In this document: one piece after another, positions 50,013 through 59,231 of the stretch
Numbering within the stretch: position 1 is the first letter of the stretch
Layout of the letters: each line of letters opens with the position of its first letter
Assembly: GCA_964414415.1 (NCBI GenBank)
Contig: CAYPWJ010000005.1
Span: forward strand, 11,772 to 75,771
Length of the DNA: 64,000 nt
Reading direction: 5' to 3'
From: an uncultured Thermoplasmatales archaeon
GTDB taxonomy: Archaea; Thermoplasmatota; E2; UBA202; DSCA01
The notes under the pieces: model-generated
What the model saw: the letters and a program-made list of their open reading frames with translations, nothing else
What the model was told of the DNA's origin: nothing
The model's database searches: none
Made by a program: the position numbers and the translations under genes

Positions 50013-50107
50013 TTGAACGACTAATGGAAAAAGCCATTAAAATAATTACGTTTTTTATACTGATAAAAAGTAACCAAAAGCATTTAACAAACAGGGTATT
50101 TCAGCCT

Positions 50108-51649
50108 ATGCACTGGGCAGACGTCGCGGCACGGGAGCTCATGGAGCGCGGTGACAGCCACGTCCTCGCCACGGCGATCACGCCATCCGGCCCCATCCAC
50201 GTGGGCAACATGCGCGAGGTGCTGACAACCGACGCCGTCCATCGGGCCGTCGCCAGCCACGGCGGCGAGTCGGAGCTCATCTACATCGGCGACACCTACG
50301 ACCCGCTGCGCAAGGTCTACCCGTTTCTGCCCGACAGCTACGAGCAATACGTCGGCCAGCCGCTCTCCGAGATACCATGCCCCTGCGGCAGCCACGACAG
50401 CTACGCCCATCATTTCCTGACGCCGTTCCTCTCGTCGCTCGAGGAACTCGGGATAACGCCGACGGTGCATCTCGCCCACGAGCTCTACCGGGAGGGTGAA
50501 TACAACGAGGCGATCCACGTCGCGCTCGACCACGCCGACGGCATCCGCCACACGCTTAACAGCATCGCCAGCCGGGATCTGCCGGAGGGATGGATGCCAT
50601 TCACGGTGCGATGCCCCCACTGCGGCCGGCTCGCCGGCGACGTCACCTCATACGACTGGCCCTCCATCTCGTATCACTGCAGCGATTGCAACGAAGACGG
50701 CGAGGTCAACGCCGAGGACGGCGGCGTCGGCAAGCTCCCCTGGCGCGTCGACTGGCCGGCCCGCTGGCAGATGTTCGACGTATCGTTTGAGGCATTCGGC
50801 AAGGATCATGCTGCAGCCGGCGGCTCGTGGGACACCGGTCAGGCCATCGTCCGCAACGTCTACGGGCGTGAGCCGCCGATGCCGATGGTCTACGAGTTCA
50901 TCCACCTCAAGGGACAGGGCGCGATGCATGGCTCGACCGGTACGGCCATCGCGGCGGCGGACATGCTCAGGATGACGCCGCCCGAGGTGCTCCGCTTCCT
51001 GCTCATGAAAAGCGAGCCGTCGCGGCACATCGAGTTCGACGCGGGCTTCGGCCTGCTCGACCTCGTCGACGAATACGACCGCTATGAGCGCGCATACTAC
51101 GGTGAGGAAGACGTGGGCCTCAAGGAAGACAAACGGATCTACGAGCTGTCGCAGCCCTCCGGGACGACGCCGACCAAGATGCCGGCACAGGTGCCCTACC
51201 GGCACCTGGTCACCGTGGCGCAGGTCGCCGATGGCTTCGACGACATGCTGGCCATCCTCCGGCGCAACGAAGAAATCAACGAGCTGTCAAGCGACGGCAG
51301 GCGCCGGCTCCGGGACCGCTGGGAAAAAGTCCGCTACTGGCTTGAGCATTTCGCTCCCGAGGCGGTCCAGTTCGAGGTGCAGGACAATCTGCCTGACGTC
51401 GACCTGAGCAGCGAGCAGCGGCGTTTCCTGGCGACCCTCCACCATGAGATGCAGGAACTGCCGTGGGAGGCGGAGGCTATCCACCAGGCCATCTACGACG
51501 CCGCCGAGCAGCACGACCTGTCCGCCGGCGCGGCCTTCAAAGCGCTCTACCGCATACTGCTCGGCCAGAAAAAAGGCCCGCGCGCCGGCTACTTCATCCA
51601 TTCACTGGGACGCGAGTTCATGTTGCAGCGGCTCGCAGAGGCGACCTGA
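50108..51649 (+). CDS. lysS: class I lysyl-tRNA synthetase (archaeal type)
   Basis: HIGN-type motif ITPSGPIHVGNMREV and a Zn-binding Cys cluster (CPHCG...CSDC). The internal Met at 50108 was chosen; the upstream codons lie in an AT-rich leader. Confidence 0.9.
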   Translation: MHWADVAARELMERGDSHVLATAITPSGPIHVGNMREVLTTDAVHRAVASHGGESELIYIGDTYDPLRKVYPFLPDSYEQYVGQPLSEIPCPCGSHDSYAHHFLTPFLSSLEELGITPTVHLAHELYREGEYNEAIHVALDHADGIRHTLNSIASRDLPEGWMPFTVRCPHCGRLAGDVTSYDWPSISYHCSDCNEDGEVNAEDGGVGKLPWRVDWPARWQMFDVSFEAFGKDHAAAGGSWDTGQAIVRNVYGREPPMPMVYEFIHLKGQGAMHGSTGTAIAAADMLRMTPPEVLRFLLMKSEPSRHIEFDAGFGLLDLVDEYDRYERAYYGEEDVGLKEDKRIYELSQPSGTTPTKMPAQVPYRHLVTVAQVADGFDDMLAILRRNEEINELSSDGRRRLRDRWEKVRYWLEHFAPEAVQFEVQDNLPDVDLSSEQRRFLATLHHEMQELPWEAEAIHQAIYDAAEQHDLSAGAAFKALYRILLGQKKGPRAGYFIHSLGREFMLQRLAEAT

Positions 51650-51685
51650 CGGCAACCTATTTATAAAAATCGTGGCTTTGCGTGC

Positions 51686-52933
51686 ATGGAGAAGACGTCA
51701 CGTATCTCCGGCTTCTACAAGCTGCCGATAGAGGAGCGCATCAAAAAAGTGCAGGCCTTCGCCAGTCTCACCGACGAGGAGGCCGCGATGCTCCAGTCGA
51801 TGCATGCACTCGACGCGGACACGGCCGACCGATTGATAGAAAACGTCGTCGGGACGATGCAGCTCCCCCTCGGCATCGCAACCAATTTCACGGTCAACGG
51901 CACCGACTACCTGGTCCCCATGGCCATCGAGGAGACATCCGTCGTCGCGGCAGCGTCGAACGGGGCAAAGCGAGCGCGCGTCAAGGGGGGCTTCACCGCG
52001 AGTGCCGACGATCCGGTCATGATCGGCCAGATGCAGGTGCTCAATCCCGACGGCGACGCAGCGGAGGCCGTCATGCGCCATAAGCAGGAGATCCTGGAGC
52101 TGGCCAACGCCCAGGACAGGGTGCTCGTCAGGCTCGGCGGTGGCGCCCGTGAACTCGAGGTCCGCGACCTCGGCCACGACATGCTCGTCGTCCACCTCCA
52201 CGTCGACGTCCGCGACGCGATGGGTGCAAACGCGGTCAACACGATGGCTGAAGTGGTGGCGCCGCTCATCGAGGATGTCACCGGCGGCACCACGCGGCTG
52301 CGTATCATCTCCAACCTGGCTGACCGGCGGCTCGTTCGGGCGAAGGGCATCTTTGACAGCGAAACCATCGGCGGCGAGGGTGTCGTCGACCACATGCTGG
52401 AGGCCTACGAGTTCGCGGCCAGGGACCCGTATCGGGCGGCGACGCACAACAAGGGCGTCATGAACGGTATCGACGCGGTCGTCATCGCCACCGGCAACGA
52501 CTGGCGGGCCATCGAGGCCGGTGCCCACAGTTATGCGGCACGTGACGGCTACGGCCCGCTCACACATTATGGGAAGAACGAGGACGGCGACCTCGTCGGC
52601 TCCATCGAGCTGCCTCTCGCCATCGGGACGGTCGGCGGCACCACCCGGGTGCATCCCATGGCGCAGCTCGCCCTCAAGATCCTGGGTGTCGAGTCGGCGC
52701 AGGAACTCGCACAGGTCATCGCCTCGGTCGGGTTGGCCCAGAACTTCGCGGCGCTGCACGCGCTGGCAACGAAGGGCATCCAGCAGGGGCACATGCGCCT
52801 GCACGCCAAGAACATCGCCGTGACGGCCGGCGCAAGCGGCGACGAAATCGATGAGGTGGCACGGCGGATGGTCGACGAGGATGCTGTCAGGACGGACCGC
52901 GCCGAGGAGATACTGGAGGAACTTCGCTCCTGA
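51686..52933 (+). CDS. hmgA: 3-hydroxy-3-methylglutaryl-CoA reductase, class I
   Basis: Catalytic regions EETSVVAAASNGAK, DAMGANAVNTM and GTVGG...HMRLHA (catalytic His). Confidence 0.9.
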   Translation: MEKTSRISGFYKLPIEERIKKVQAFASLTDEEAAMLQSMHALDADTADRLIENVVGTMQLPLGIATNFTVNGTDYLVPMAIEETSVVAAASNGAKRARVKGGFTASADDPVMIGQMQVLNPDGDAAEAVMRHKQEILELANAQDRVLVRLGGGARELEVRDLGHDMLVVHLHVDVRDAMGANAVNTMAEVVAPLIEDVTGGTTRLRIISNLADRRLVRAKGIFDSETIGGEGVVDHMLEAYEFAARDPYRAATHNKGVMNGIDAVVIATGNDWRAIEAGAHSYAARDGYGPLTHYGKNEDGDLVGSIELPLAIGTVGGTTRVHPMAQLALKILGVESAQELAQVIASVGLAQNFAALHALATKGIQQGHMRLHAKNIAVTAGASGDEIDEVARRMVDEDAVRTDRAEEILEELRS

Positions 52934-53746
52934 TCAGCTAATGCACCGGGCCGTCCAGGAGACCATGAGCACCACGACGAATGAGATGGCGTAGGCCGCC
53001 AGCGTCCCCCATGCGATGTCCAGCCCGGGATACAGGAAAAAGACGGCGACGCTGAAGGCGACGGTGGTCAGGGAGCCCAGCATCATGGACTTCGCCATCG
53101 CCCCGGCGAACCTGGCCCCATGCTCGTAGACGAAGATGGTCATCGTCGACGTGAAGATGGCCGGGAACACGGAAAAGATACCCGAGATGGCGGCGCCGAC
53201 GTTGGAGAGCAGCACCGCTACGGCGATAACCGAGCCGGCGAGCAGCCCCCGGAACAGGATCTTCCGCCACGTGTAATGCACCTTGATGGGGCTGCTGGAC
53301 GGCACCTTTTTCCACCGCTCGAGGAACAAAAACGAAGGCACCATCAACGCCAGATAGATGGCAAGCGACAGCCACACGCTGGCAGGCGACAAAAAGTATA
53401 GCCCGGCGGACAGTACCGCCCACAGGCCAAGTGAGGCAATCAGCGCGAAGGGAAGCGAGCGGTATGCGGCAACGGCGAACACGGCCAGATAGAGAATGTT
53501 GATACCCATCTCCGCCGGCACAACAACGGCCGCGTCGGCAGCAAACACGGCGCCGCGGTTGACGCCGATGAAGACCAGCGCCACCGCCAGATTGGTCGGC
53601 AGCGTCCCGATGATGCCGCCGACCTTGGTGCCGTATCGCTCTGCAACCAGCGTGATGACGATAACGACGAGGGCGGAGAGCGAGAACGGGATGACGACCT
53701 GTGTGAGCCAGTCCATGACGAGGGATGCACCGACGGTATAAAACAT
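52934..53746 (-). CDS. integral membrane protein (about 8 TM), hypothetical
   Basis: Hydrophobic from MFYTVGASLVMDWLTQVV onward. The upstream 70 codons of the long ORF lie in an AT-rich promoter-like stretch and were rejected. Confidence 0.5.
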   Translation of the reverse strand: MFYTVGASLVMDWLTQVVIPFSLSALVVIVITLVAERYGTKVGGIIGTLPTNLAVALVFIGVNRGAVFAADAAVVVPAEMGINILYLAVFAVAAYRSLPFALIASLGLWAVLSAGLYFLSPASVWLSLAIYLALMVPSFLFLERWKKVPSSSPIKVHYTWRKILFRGLLAGSVIAVAVLLSNVGAAISGIFSVFPAIFTSTMTIFVYEHGARFAGAMAKSMMLGSLTTVAFSVAVFFLYPGLDIAWGTLAAYAISFVVVLMVSWTARCIS

Positions 53747-53861
53747 GCACGTCTCCGGCGGATAATAAATGCACGTATAAACCATATAAAAATAATCCGA
53801 ATATTTATAAACAAGTATTACATTCATTATATGAACGCTCACAAAATGGGAGGTGCAAAAT

Positions 53862-56210
53862 ATGATAAAAATTGCAGCATCCTGCATGGCCGCCGTTCTG
53901 CTCCTGTCCCTCTGCGCAGCTCCGAGCACCATACAGGGCGATGATTCATCCGGCATTCATGGCGGCAGATACGATAGAGTCCAGGTTGCAGACAGCGGCG
54001 ACGGCGACACACTCTACGTCGGCGGCTCCGGAACCGGCAACTACACCACGATACAGGCGGCGGTAACAGCCGCAAAAGACGGAGACACCGTCTTTGTCTA
54101 CGATGACTCATCTCCATATTATGAGAACGTGGTGGTGCAGAAATCCATCCAGCTGGAAGGAGAAAACAGGCATTCCACCGTCGTAATCGGGGTACTAAAT
54201 ACGCCGACGATTGTAATCGCTGCTGACGATGTCATCCTGTGCAGGGTTACTGTCCACCACACGCAGCGAAGTCCATTTCGAAGCGAAAGCGACGGCGTGT
54301 CCATTCGAGGTGCCAACGTAACCATCCAGAATAACTACATCTCTGAAAACTGGAACCACGGCATATCAGTCAGAGGTGCCTCCAGCGTCCGCATCGTGGA
54401 CAACGAAATCAACCGCAACATATGGGTCAACATCTACATGGCTGATGCAACGGATGCCATCATTGCAAACAACACCATCGTCCGAGCCAAGCTGAACGTG
54501 CTGCTTCGCGGCGCTTCACACAATACCATCAGCTCCAACGTCATCGGCCACTCCAACGGCCTCCACATGGATGGTGCATCAAGCCATAACAGCATCGTCG
54601 CCAACACCTTCGAAAACTGCGGAGACAGCATCACGATGCGCGACGGCTGCAGCGACAACCGCATATCAGACAACCGCATCACCGAGAGCTCCAGGATCGG
54701 AGTTATAATCCACGAGGGATGCCTCCGCAACACCGCGAGGAACAACACGTTCACGAGGACGACCATAGGGATAGAATGCCGTTCGCCGAGCACGATAGAA
54801 AAAAATACATTTACCCGGAGCGGCATACGCATTTTTTCGAAAGGCAACAGAGTGGAAGGCAACACCGCCAACGGCAAACCGATTATCTATCTGGAAAACC
54901 GTTCACACGTCGCGGTGAATGAATCTCCCGGACAAGTCATCCTCATATGCTGCGACAACGTCACTATCGACAACCATACGATAGCGAACACGAGCGTGGG
55001 CGTACAACTCTGGCATTCCCGCTACTGCAGCATTGCAAACACCACGTGTACCGGAAACACCGTCGGCATCCACATCGGTTCATCCAGCCACATCCATGTC
55101 GCTGACAATGTCCTCCAAGACAACGAAAACGCTCTGCATATACAGGGGACACAGAACACCGTAGCCCATAACCAGCTTCTATCAAACATGGACGGCATCT
55201 GGCTTGGCTACAGCAGCAACAACAGCATCCAAGACAACCATGTAGCCAACACCCGATACACCGGCATCGACCTCTACGATTCATCCGAAAACAGGATAGA
55301 AAACAACACTCTGATCGATGGGTTCTACGGCATCCACGTGAGGTATTCCTCAAACAATCGTTTCCTCTATAACGTGTTCAAAAGCAATAGCGAAGGTATA
55401 TCGCTCGACAGTGGCACCAGCAACGTTATCGTACATAACGCTCTCTACGATGACGGGCTGCGCGTCCGTCAGGTGGCATCGCTCCGCTCTAACGTCATCA
55501 GAAACAATACCGTGAACGACAAACCGCTTGTCTTGTGGGAGGAAAAAACAGATGAAATCCTGCCTGACGTGGGTCAGGCCATCCTCGTCGGGTGCAGCAA
55601 CGTCACCCTCCGCAACCAGACTATATCAGACACGACAACCGCCGTAACGCTCTGGAATTGCACTAATTGCAGGATTTCTAGCTGCGACATATATGCCAAC
55701 AGCGACGCTGGGATAGAACTACACACATCATCCTGCAACGTCATCCACGACAACCAGCTCCACTCCAACCGATACGGCATCAGACTCTACGACTCCTCCT
55801 CAAACGATATTTCGGGGAACACCCTGTTAGCCGGAGGGTTGCTTATCTCTCGGTCAGACGAAAACCTTGTTAGCGGCAACCGTTTCTCTGCAAACGAGAG
55901 AGCTGTATCTATCGATGCTTCGTCCGGCAACCGCCTCAAAGACAACATCTTCTCCGAGAACAACAACGCAATGGTGGTAGCCCAGAGCAACGGCAACCAT
56001 ATCCATCGCAACGACTTCATAGATAACGAGAACGACGTCATCCTCTACTCATTCCACAACCTCTGGACGAGAAACTACTGGGATACCTGGCACATGGCAG
56101 CCCCGAAGCCGATACTCGGGCATCTCGGGCAGGGAATCCTGACAAACCTCCCGTGGCTAAACGTCGACTGGTGCCCACGGCTTATGCCGCAGGAGGCCGA
56201 CACCGGATGA
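53862..56210 (+). CDS. secreted right-handed parallel beta-helix repeat protein (NosD/PbH1-like)
   Basis: Signal peptide MIKIAASCMAAVLLLSLCAAPS. Many about 22-aa beta-helix coils with N-x-I/V-x-x-N patterns (e.g. IQNNYISENWNHGISVRGAS). C-terminal NYWDTWHMAAPKPILGH...NVDWCPRLMP motif. Confidence 0.75.
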   Translation: MIKIAASCMAAVLLLSLCAAPSTIQGDDSSGIHGGRYDRVQVADSGDGDTLYVGGSGTGNYTTIQAAVTAAKDGDTVFVYDDSSPYYENVVVQKSIQLEGENRHSTVVIGVLNTPTIVIAADDVILCRVTVHHTQRSPFRSESDGVSIRGANVTIQNNYISENWNHGISVRGASSVRIVDNEINRNIWVNIYMADATDAIIANNTIVRAKLNVLLRGASHNTISSNVIGHSNGLHMDGASSHNSIVANTFENCGDSITMRDGCSDNRISDNRITESSRIGVIIHEGCLRNTARNNTFTRTTIGIECRSPSTIEKNTFTRSGIRIFSKGNRVEGNTANGKPIIYLENRSHVAVNESPGQVILICCDNVTIDNHTIANTSVGVQLWHSRYCSIANTTCTGNTVGIHIGSSSHIHVADNVLQDNENALHIQGTQNTVAHNQLLSNMDGIWLGYSSNNSIQDNHVANTRYTGIDLYDSSENRIENNTLIDGFYGIHVRYSSNNRFLYNVFKSNSEGISLDSGTSNVIVHNALYDDGLRVRQVASLRSNVIRNNTVNDKPLVLWEEKTDEILPDVGQAILVGCSNVTLRNQTISDTTTAVTLWNCTNCRISSCDIYANSDAGIELHTSSCNVIHDNQLHSNRYGIRLYDSSSNDISGNTLLAGGLLISRSDENLVSGNRFSANERAVSIDASSGNRLKDNIFSENNNAMVVAQSNGNHIHRNDFIDNENDVILYSFHNLWTRNYWDTWHMAAPKPILGHLGQGILTNLPWLNVDWCPRLMPQEADTG

Positions 56211-57772
56211 CAAAAAACCTCGTAGCCATACACGTGGTTTTCTTCCTTCTCGCCAGCGCTCTGACCCCGACCGCCGGCATCTACAGTGCCCAGAGCGAAG
56301 CGCCTGATCCCGATAGCGTGAGGGTGCAGCTGACTGGAGACGCCGCCACCCTCCATGTCGGTGGCTCAGGACCCGGCAACTATAGCAGCATTCAGGCAGC
56401 TGTCGACGACGCCAGGGACGGAGACACCGTGTTCGTCTACGACGATTCGTCGCCGTATTATGAGAGCGTTTTCATCGATACGTCAATCCATCTGCTGGGT
56501 GAACGGAAAAACACGACGGTCATCGACGGCCGGAAAAACACGACGGTGCTCCGTATAACGGCGGACCGGGCACGGGTCAGCAACTGTACCATCCAGCACG
56601 GCGGCGGACTCGACGACGTCGGAGCAGGGATACATCTCGCCGGCGATGAAAACACGGTTTCCGGCACCGTCATCAAAGACAACCTGGCCGGCCTGGTCCT
56701 CACCCATGCCAGCCACAATGTCGTCACCCGAAACGTTATCGCGGGCAACGGATGGCGGGGCATCCAGTTCCTCCACTCCCACCACAACGCCATCACGGGA
56801 AACCATTTCCACAATAACTGGGAGCACGCCGTCGAGCTCCACATCGACAGCCACCGCAACACCATATCCTGCAACAGGTTTACCCGGGACAGGCCGGAAT
56901 ACCACAATACGCTGCAAATCGGCAGCGACGAAGGCCGCGCCGCCCACACCGTCATAGCCAACAACACATTCGTCGGCGGCGGTCTCACCGTCGAAAGCGG
57001 GAACAACAACACCGTCCGGGACAACCTCGTCAACGGGAGACCCCTCGTCTACATGGAAAACACGGCCGGCGCCAGGATAGACAATGCCGGGCAGGTCATC
57101 CTGGTAAACTGCACCGACATCACGGTGGAAAACCTGCATCTCTCCCGGCTGCACGTCGCCGTAGAACTCGTGGGTTCACGCCGATGCTGCATCCGCAACA
57201 ACACTGTCAGCGGGTGCATGCACGGGATAGCACTTGAGCGGTCGGACGACACCGTGCTTTCAGACAACGAGCTGGTAGACGACACCGTTGCCATTTACCT
57301 CTGGTTTTCACAGCGAAACAGCGTTATCAATAACCGCTTGAGGCACAACAACAACGGAATGAGGCTGTTTTACCGCGCCAGCGGCAACGTCATCTCTGGC
57401 AACGAGCTGGTAGACCAGGTCGATGCAGTGACGTTGACCTCGATATGTACCGGAAACCTGGTCAGATGCAACACCATCGCCGGCAGTGCCGCCGGGCTGA
57501 CGGTAACGGCTTCACCGCTCAACAGGGTCATACATAATACCATCCGCGGGAGCCACGACTGGGGGCTCTGTCTCGCCATGAGCCACGGGACAGTGGTGTG
57601 CTCCAACATCTTCATAGAAAATGCCCTCCATGCAACCTTTGGATCCTCCCGCTTCACCCTGTGCCTGCGGAACTACTGGGACGACTGGCACATGCTGCTG
57701 CCCCGGCCTATCGAGGGAAAATATACCGCGTATGACTGGTGCCCCCGCCTGCTCCCCGCCGGCCCGTGCTGA
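56207..57772 (+). CDS. secreted parallel beta-helix repeat protein (paralog of the upstream gene)
   Basis: Same N-terminal architecture (LHVGGSGPGNYSSIQAAVDDARDGDTVFVYDDSSPYYESV versus the upstream LYVGGSGTGNYTTIQAAVTAAKDGDTVFVYDDSSPYYENV) and the same C-terminal NYWDDWHMLLPRPIEG...DWCPRLLP motif. ATGA overlap with the upstream paralog. Confidence 0.75.
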   Translation: MTKNLVAIHVVFFLLASALTPTAGIYSAQSEAPDPDSVRVQLTGDAATLHVGGSGPGNYSSIQAAVDDARDGDTVFVYDDSSPYYESVFIDTSIHLLGERKNTTVIDGRKNTTVLRITADRARVSNCTIQHGGGLDDVGAGIHLAGDENTVSGTVIKDNLAGLVLTHASHNVVTRNVIAGNGWRGIQFLHSHHNAITGNHFHNNWEHAVELHIDSHRNTISCNRFTRDRPEYHNTLQIGSDEGRAAHTVIANNTFVGGGLTVESGNNNTVRDNLVNGRPLVYMENTAGARIDNAGQVILVNCTDITVENLHLSRLHVAVELVGSRRCCIRNNTVSGCMHGIALERSDDTVLSDNELVDDTVAIYLWFSQRNSVINNRLRHNNNGMRLFYRASGNVISGNELVDQVDAVTLTSICTGNLVRCNTIAGSAAGLTVTASPLNRVIHNTIRGSHDWGLCLAMSHGTVVCSNIFIENALHATFGSSRFTLCLRNYWDDWHMLLPRPIEGKYTAYDWCPRLLPAGPC

Positions 57773-57943
57773 AAACCACGCATCGGCGGGGAGTTAAACG
57801 TGATTTTAATCCTGTTCAACCGGTGTTAAACTGACATTTATATCGCCGGGGCTTCATTTGAAGCAATGGCACCCACGGCCCTCTGGGACAGAGCGGAAAC
57901 ATGCTTCGGACGGCCGCGCTCCTCCTGGACGACGGTGGATGAG

Positions 57944-59230
57944 ATGATCTACGATACCGACAGCTACTTCGACGGCGACCGGGAGAAGATGCGGGAGGCT
58001 CGCTTTGCGGCGACCAAGGAATCCCTGCGGCATCACTACGAGCACAGCCGCTTTTACAACCGGCTCTGCCGGGAGTACGACTTCACGCCCGACGAGGTGC
58101 AGAGCGAGGACGACCTGCACAGGGTCCCCATGGTGCCCGACACCTTCTTCAAGGAATACCCGTCGGAAGATCCACGCCGGGTCTACGAATGGCTGCGAAA
58201 GGTGACCACGGTGGACATCGGCGAGTATGACTACACCGGCAGGTCGCTGCAGGGCTTCCTCCGCTGGGCCGAGCAGCGCCTCCAAGGTATGGTCAACCAT
58301 TCGTCGGGGACCACCGGCAACTACAGCTTCATGTTCCGCGACCGGGTCACCTTCAAGCGCTTCTACTACGCGGCGGTGACCACGCTGCTGGCTGTCTCGC
58401 CGCCGCGCAGCGAGCCGCATTACGTCTATCCGGGCTCCCCGAACACCTATCTCACGCTCGGCCGATGGATCGGCGAGGGCGCCCGCATTTTTAAAGAGAG
58501 CAGGCAGCATTTCCTGACGGATAGAGAGATCACGATGGACGTCGCCCGGCTGCTGTCGACCGGGCAGCCCCGCGGCCTCAGGGACAGACTGAAGCTGCTG
58601 ATGCTCCGGCGGGCCATGAAAAAAGGCGAAAAAAAGCTCGTCGACCGGCTGCAGCGCCTCGACAAGCGCAACGAGCAGACCTACGTCATCGGCCCCCCGT
58701 TCCAGATATACAGCGTCATGCAGCGGATGCGCAAGGACGGCGTCAGCCTGTCACTCGGCGACGACGGCGGCGCCATGGTCACCGGCGGCGGATGGAAAAT
58801 ATATGAAGACCGGAAGGTGTCGGAGCAGGCGTTCGCCGCGATGGCCGAGGAAACGCTGGGCATCCCGCCGGAGCGCTACGTGGATGTCTACGGCATGTCG
58901 GAGATGAACGGGCTGGCCGTCTCGTGCGAGGGACGATACAAGCACCTGCATCCCTGGATCTATCCGATGGTACTCGACGACAACGAGGGGATGCTCGGCT
59001 ACGGGGAATGGGGACGGTTCGCGTTTCTCGACCCCGTGGCGCACAGCTACCCGGGCTTCATCATCACCGGCGACCGCGTCAGGCTGCTCGAGGAATGCCC
59101 CGCCTGCGGCAAAACGGGGCCGGTCCTGGACAACGACATCGGCCGGATGGCCGGCGCCGAGGCGAAGGGATGCGCCAACCTCATGCGGGGGTTGATGGCA
59201 AACGAGCTGAAAAAAGCGGAGGAAGCATAA
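57944..59230 (+). CDS. ANL-superfamily adenylate-forming enzyme (PaaK/LuxE/coenzyme-F390-synthetase-like)
   Basis: AMP-binding P-loop HSSGTTGNYSF. Overall length and layout match phenylacetate-CoA-ligase-like enzymes. The internal Met at 57944 was chosen. Confidence 0.6.
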   Translation: MIYDTDSYFDGDREKMREARFAATKESLRHHYEHSRFYNRLCREYDFTPDEVQSEDDLHRVPMVPDTFFKEYPSEDPRRVYEWLRKVTTVDIGEYDYTGRSLQGFLRWAEQRLQGMVNHSSGTTGNYSFMFRDRVTFKRFYYAAVTTLLAVSPPRSEPHYVYPGSPNTYLTLGRWIGEGARIFKESRQHFLTDREITMDVARLLSTGQPRGLRDRLKLLMLRRAMKKGEKKLVDRLQRLDKRNEQTYVIGPPFQIYSVMQRMRKDGVSLSLGDDGGAMVTGGGWKIYEDRKVSEQAFAAMAEETLGIPPERYVDVYGMSEMNGLAVSCEGRYKHLHPWIYPMVLDDNEGMLGYGEWGRFAFLDPVAHSYPGFIITGDRVRLLEECPACGKTGPVLDNDIGRMAGAEAKGCANLMRGLMANELKKAEEA

Positions 59231-59231
59231 C

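Larger units (their letters stand above)
46490..50107. other. AT-rich about 3.5-kb genomic island (two genes) between glcD-like and lysS
   Basis: Sharp drop in GC and a switch to A/T-ending codons (aaa, ata, tta) across exactly the MTase + GHKL ATPase gene pair. GC-rich core genes sit on both flanks. An imperfect direct repeat ACAGG(A/G)TATTT lies at both borders (46497-46507 and 50091-50101). Confidence 0.55.
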
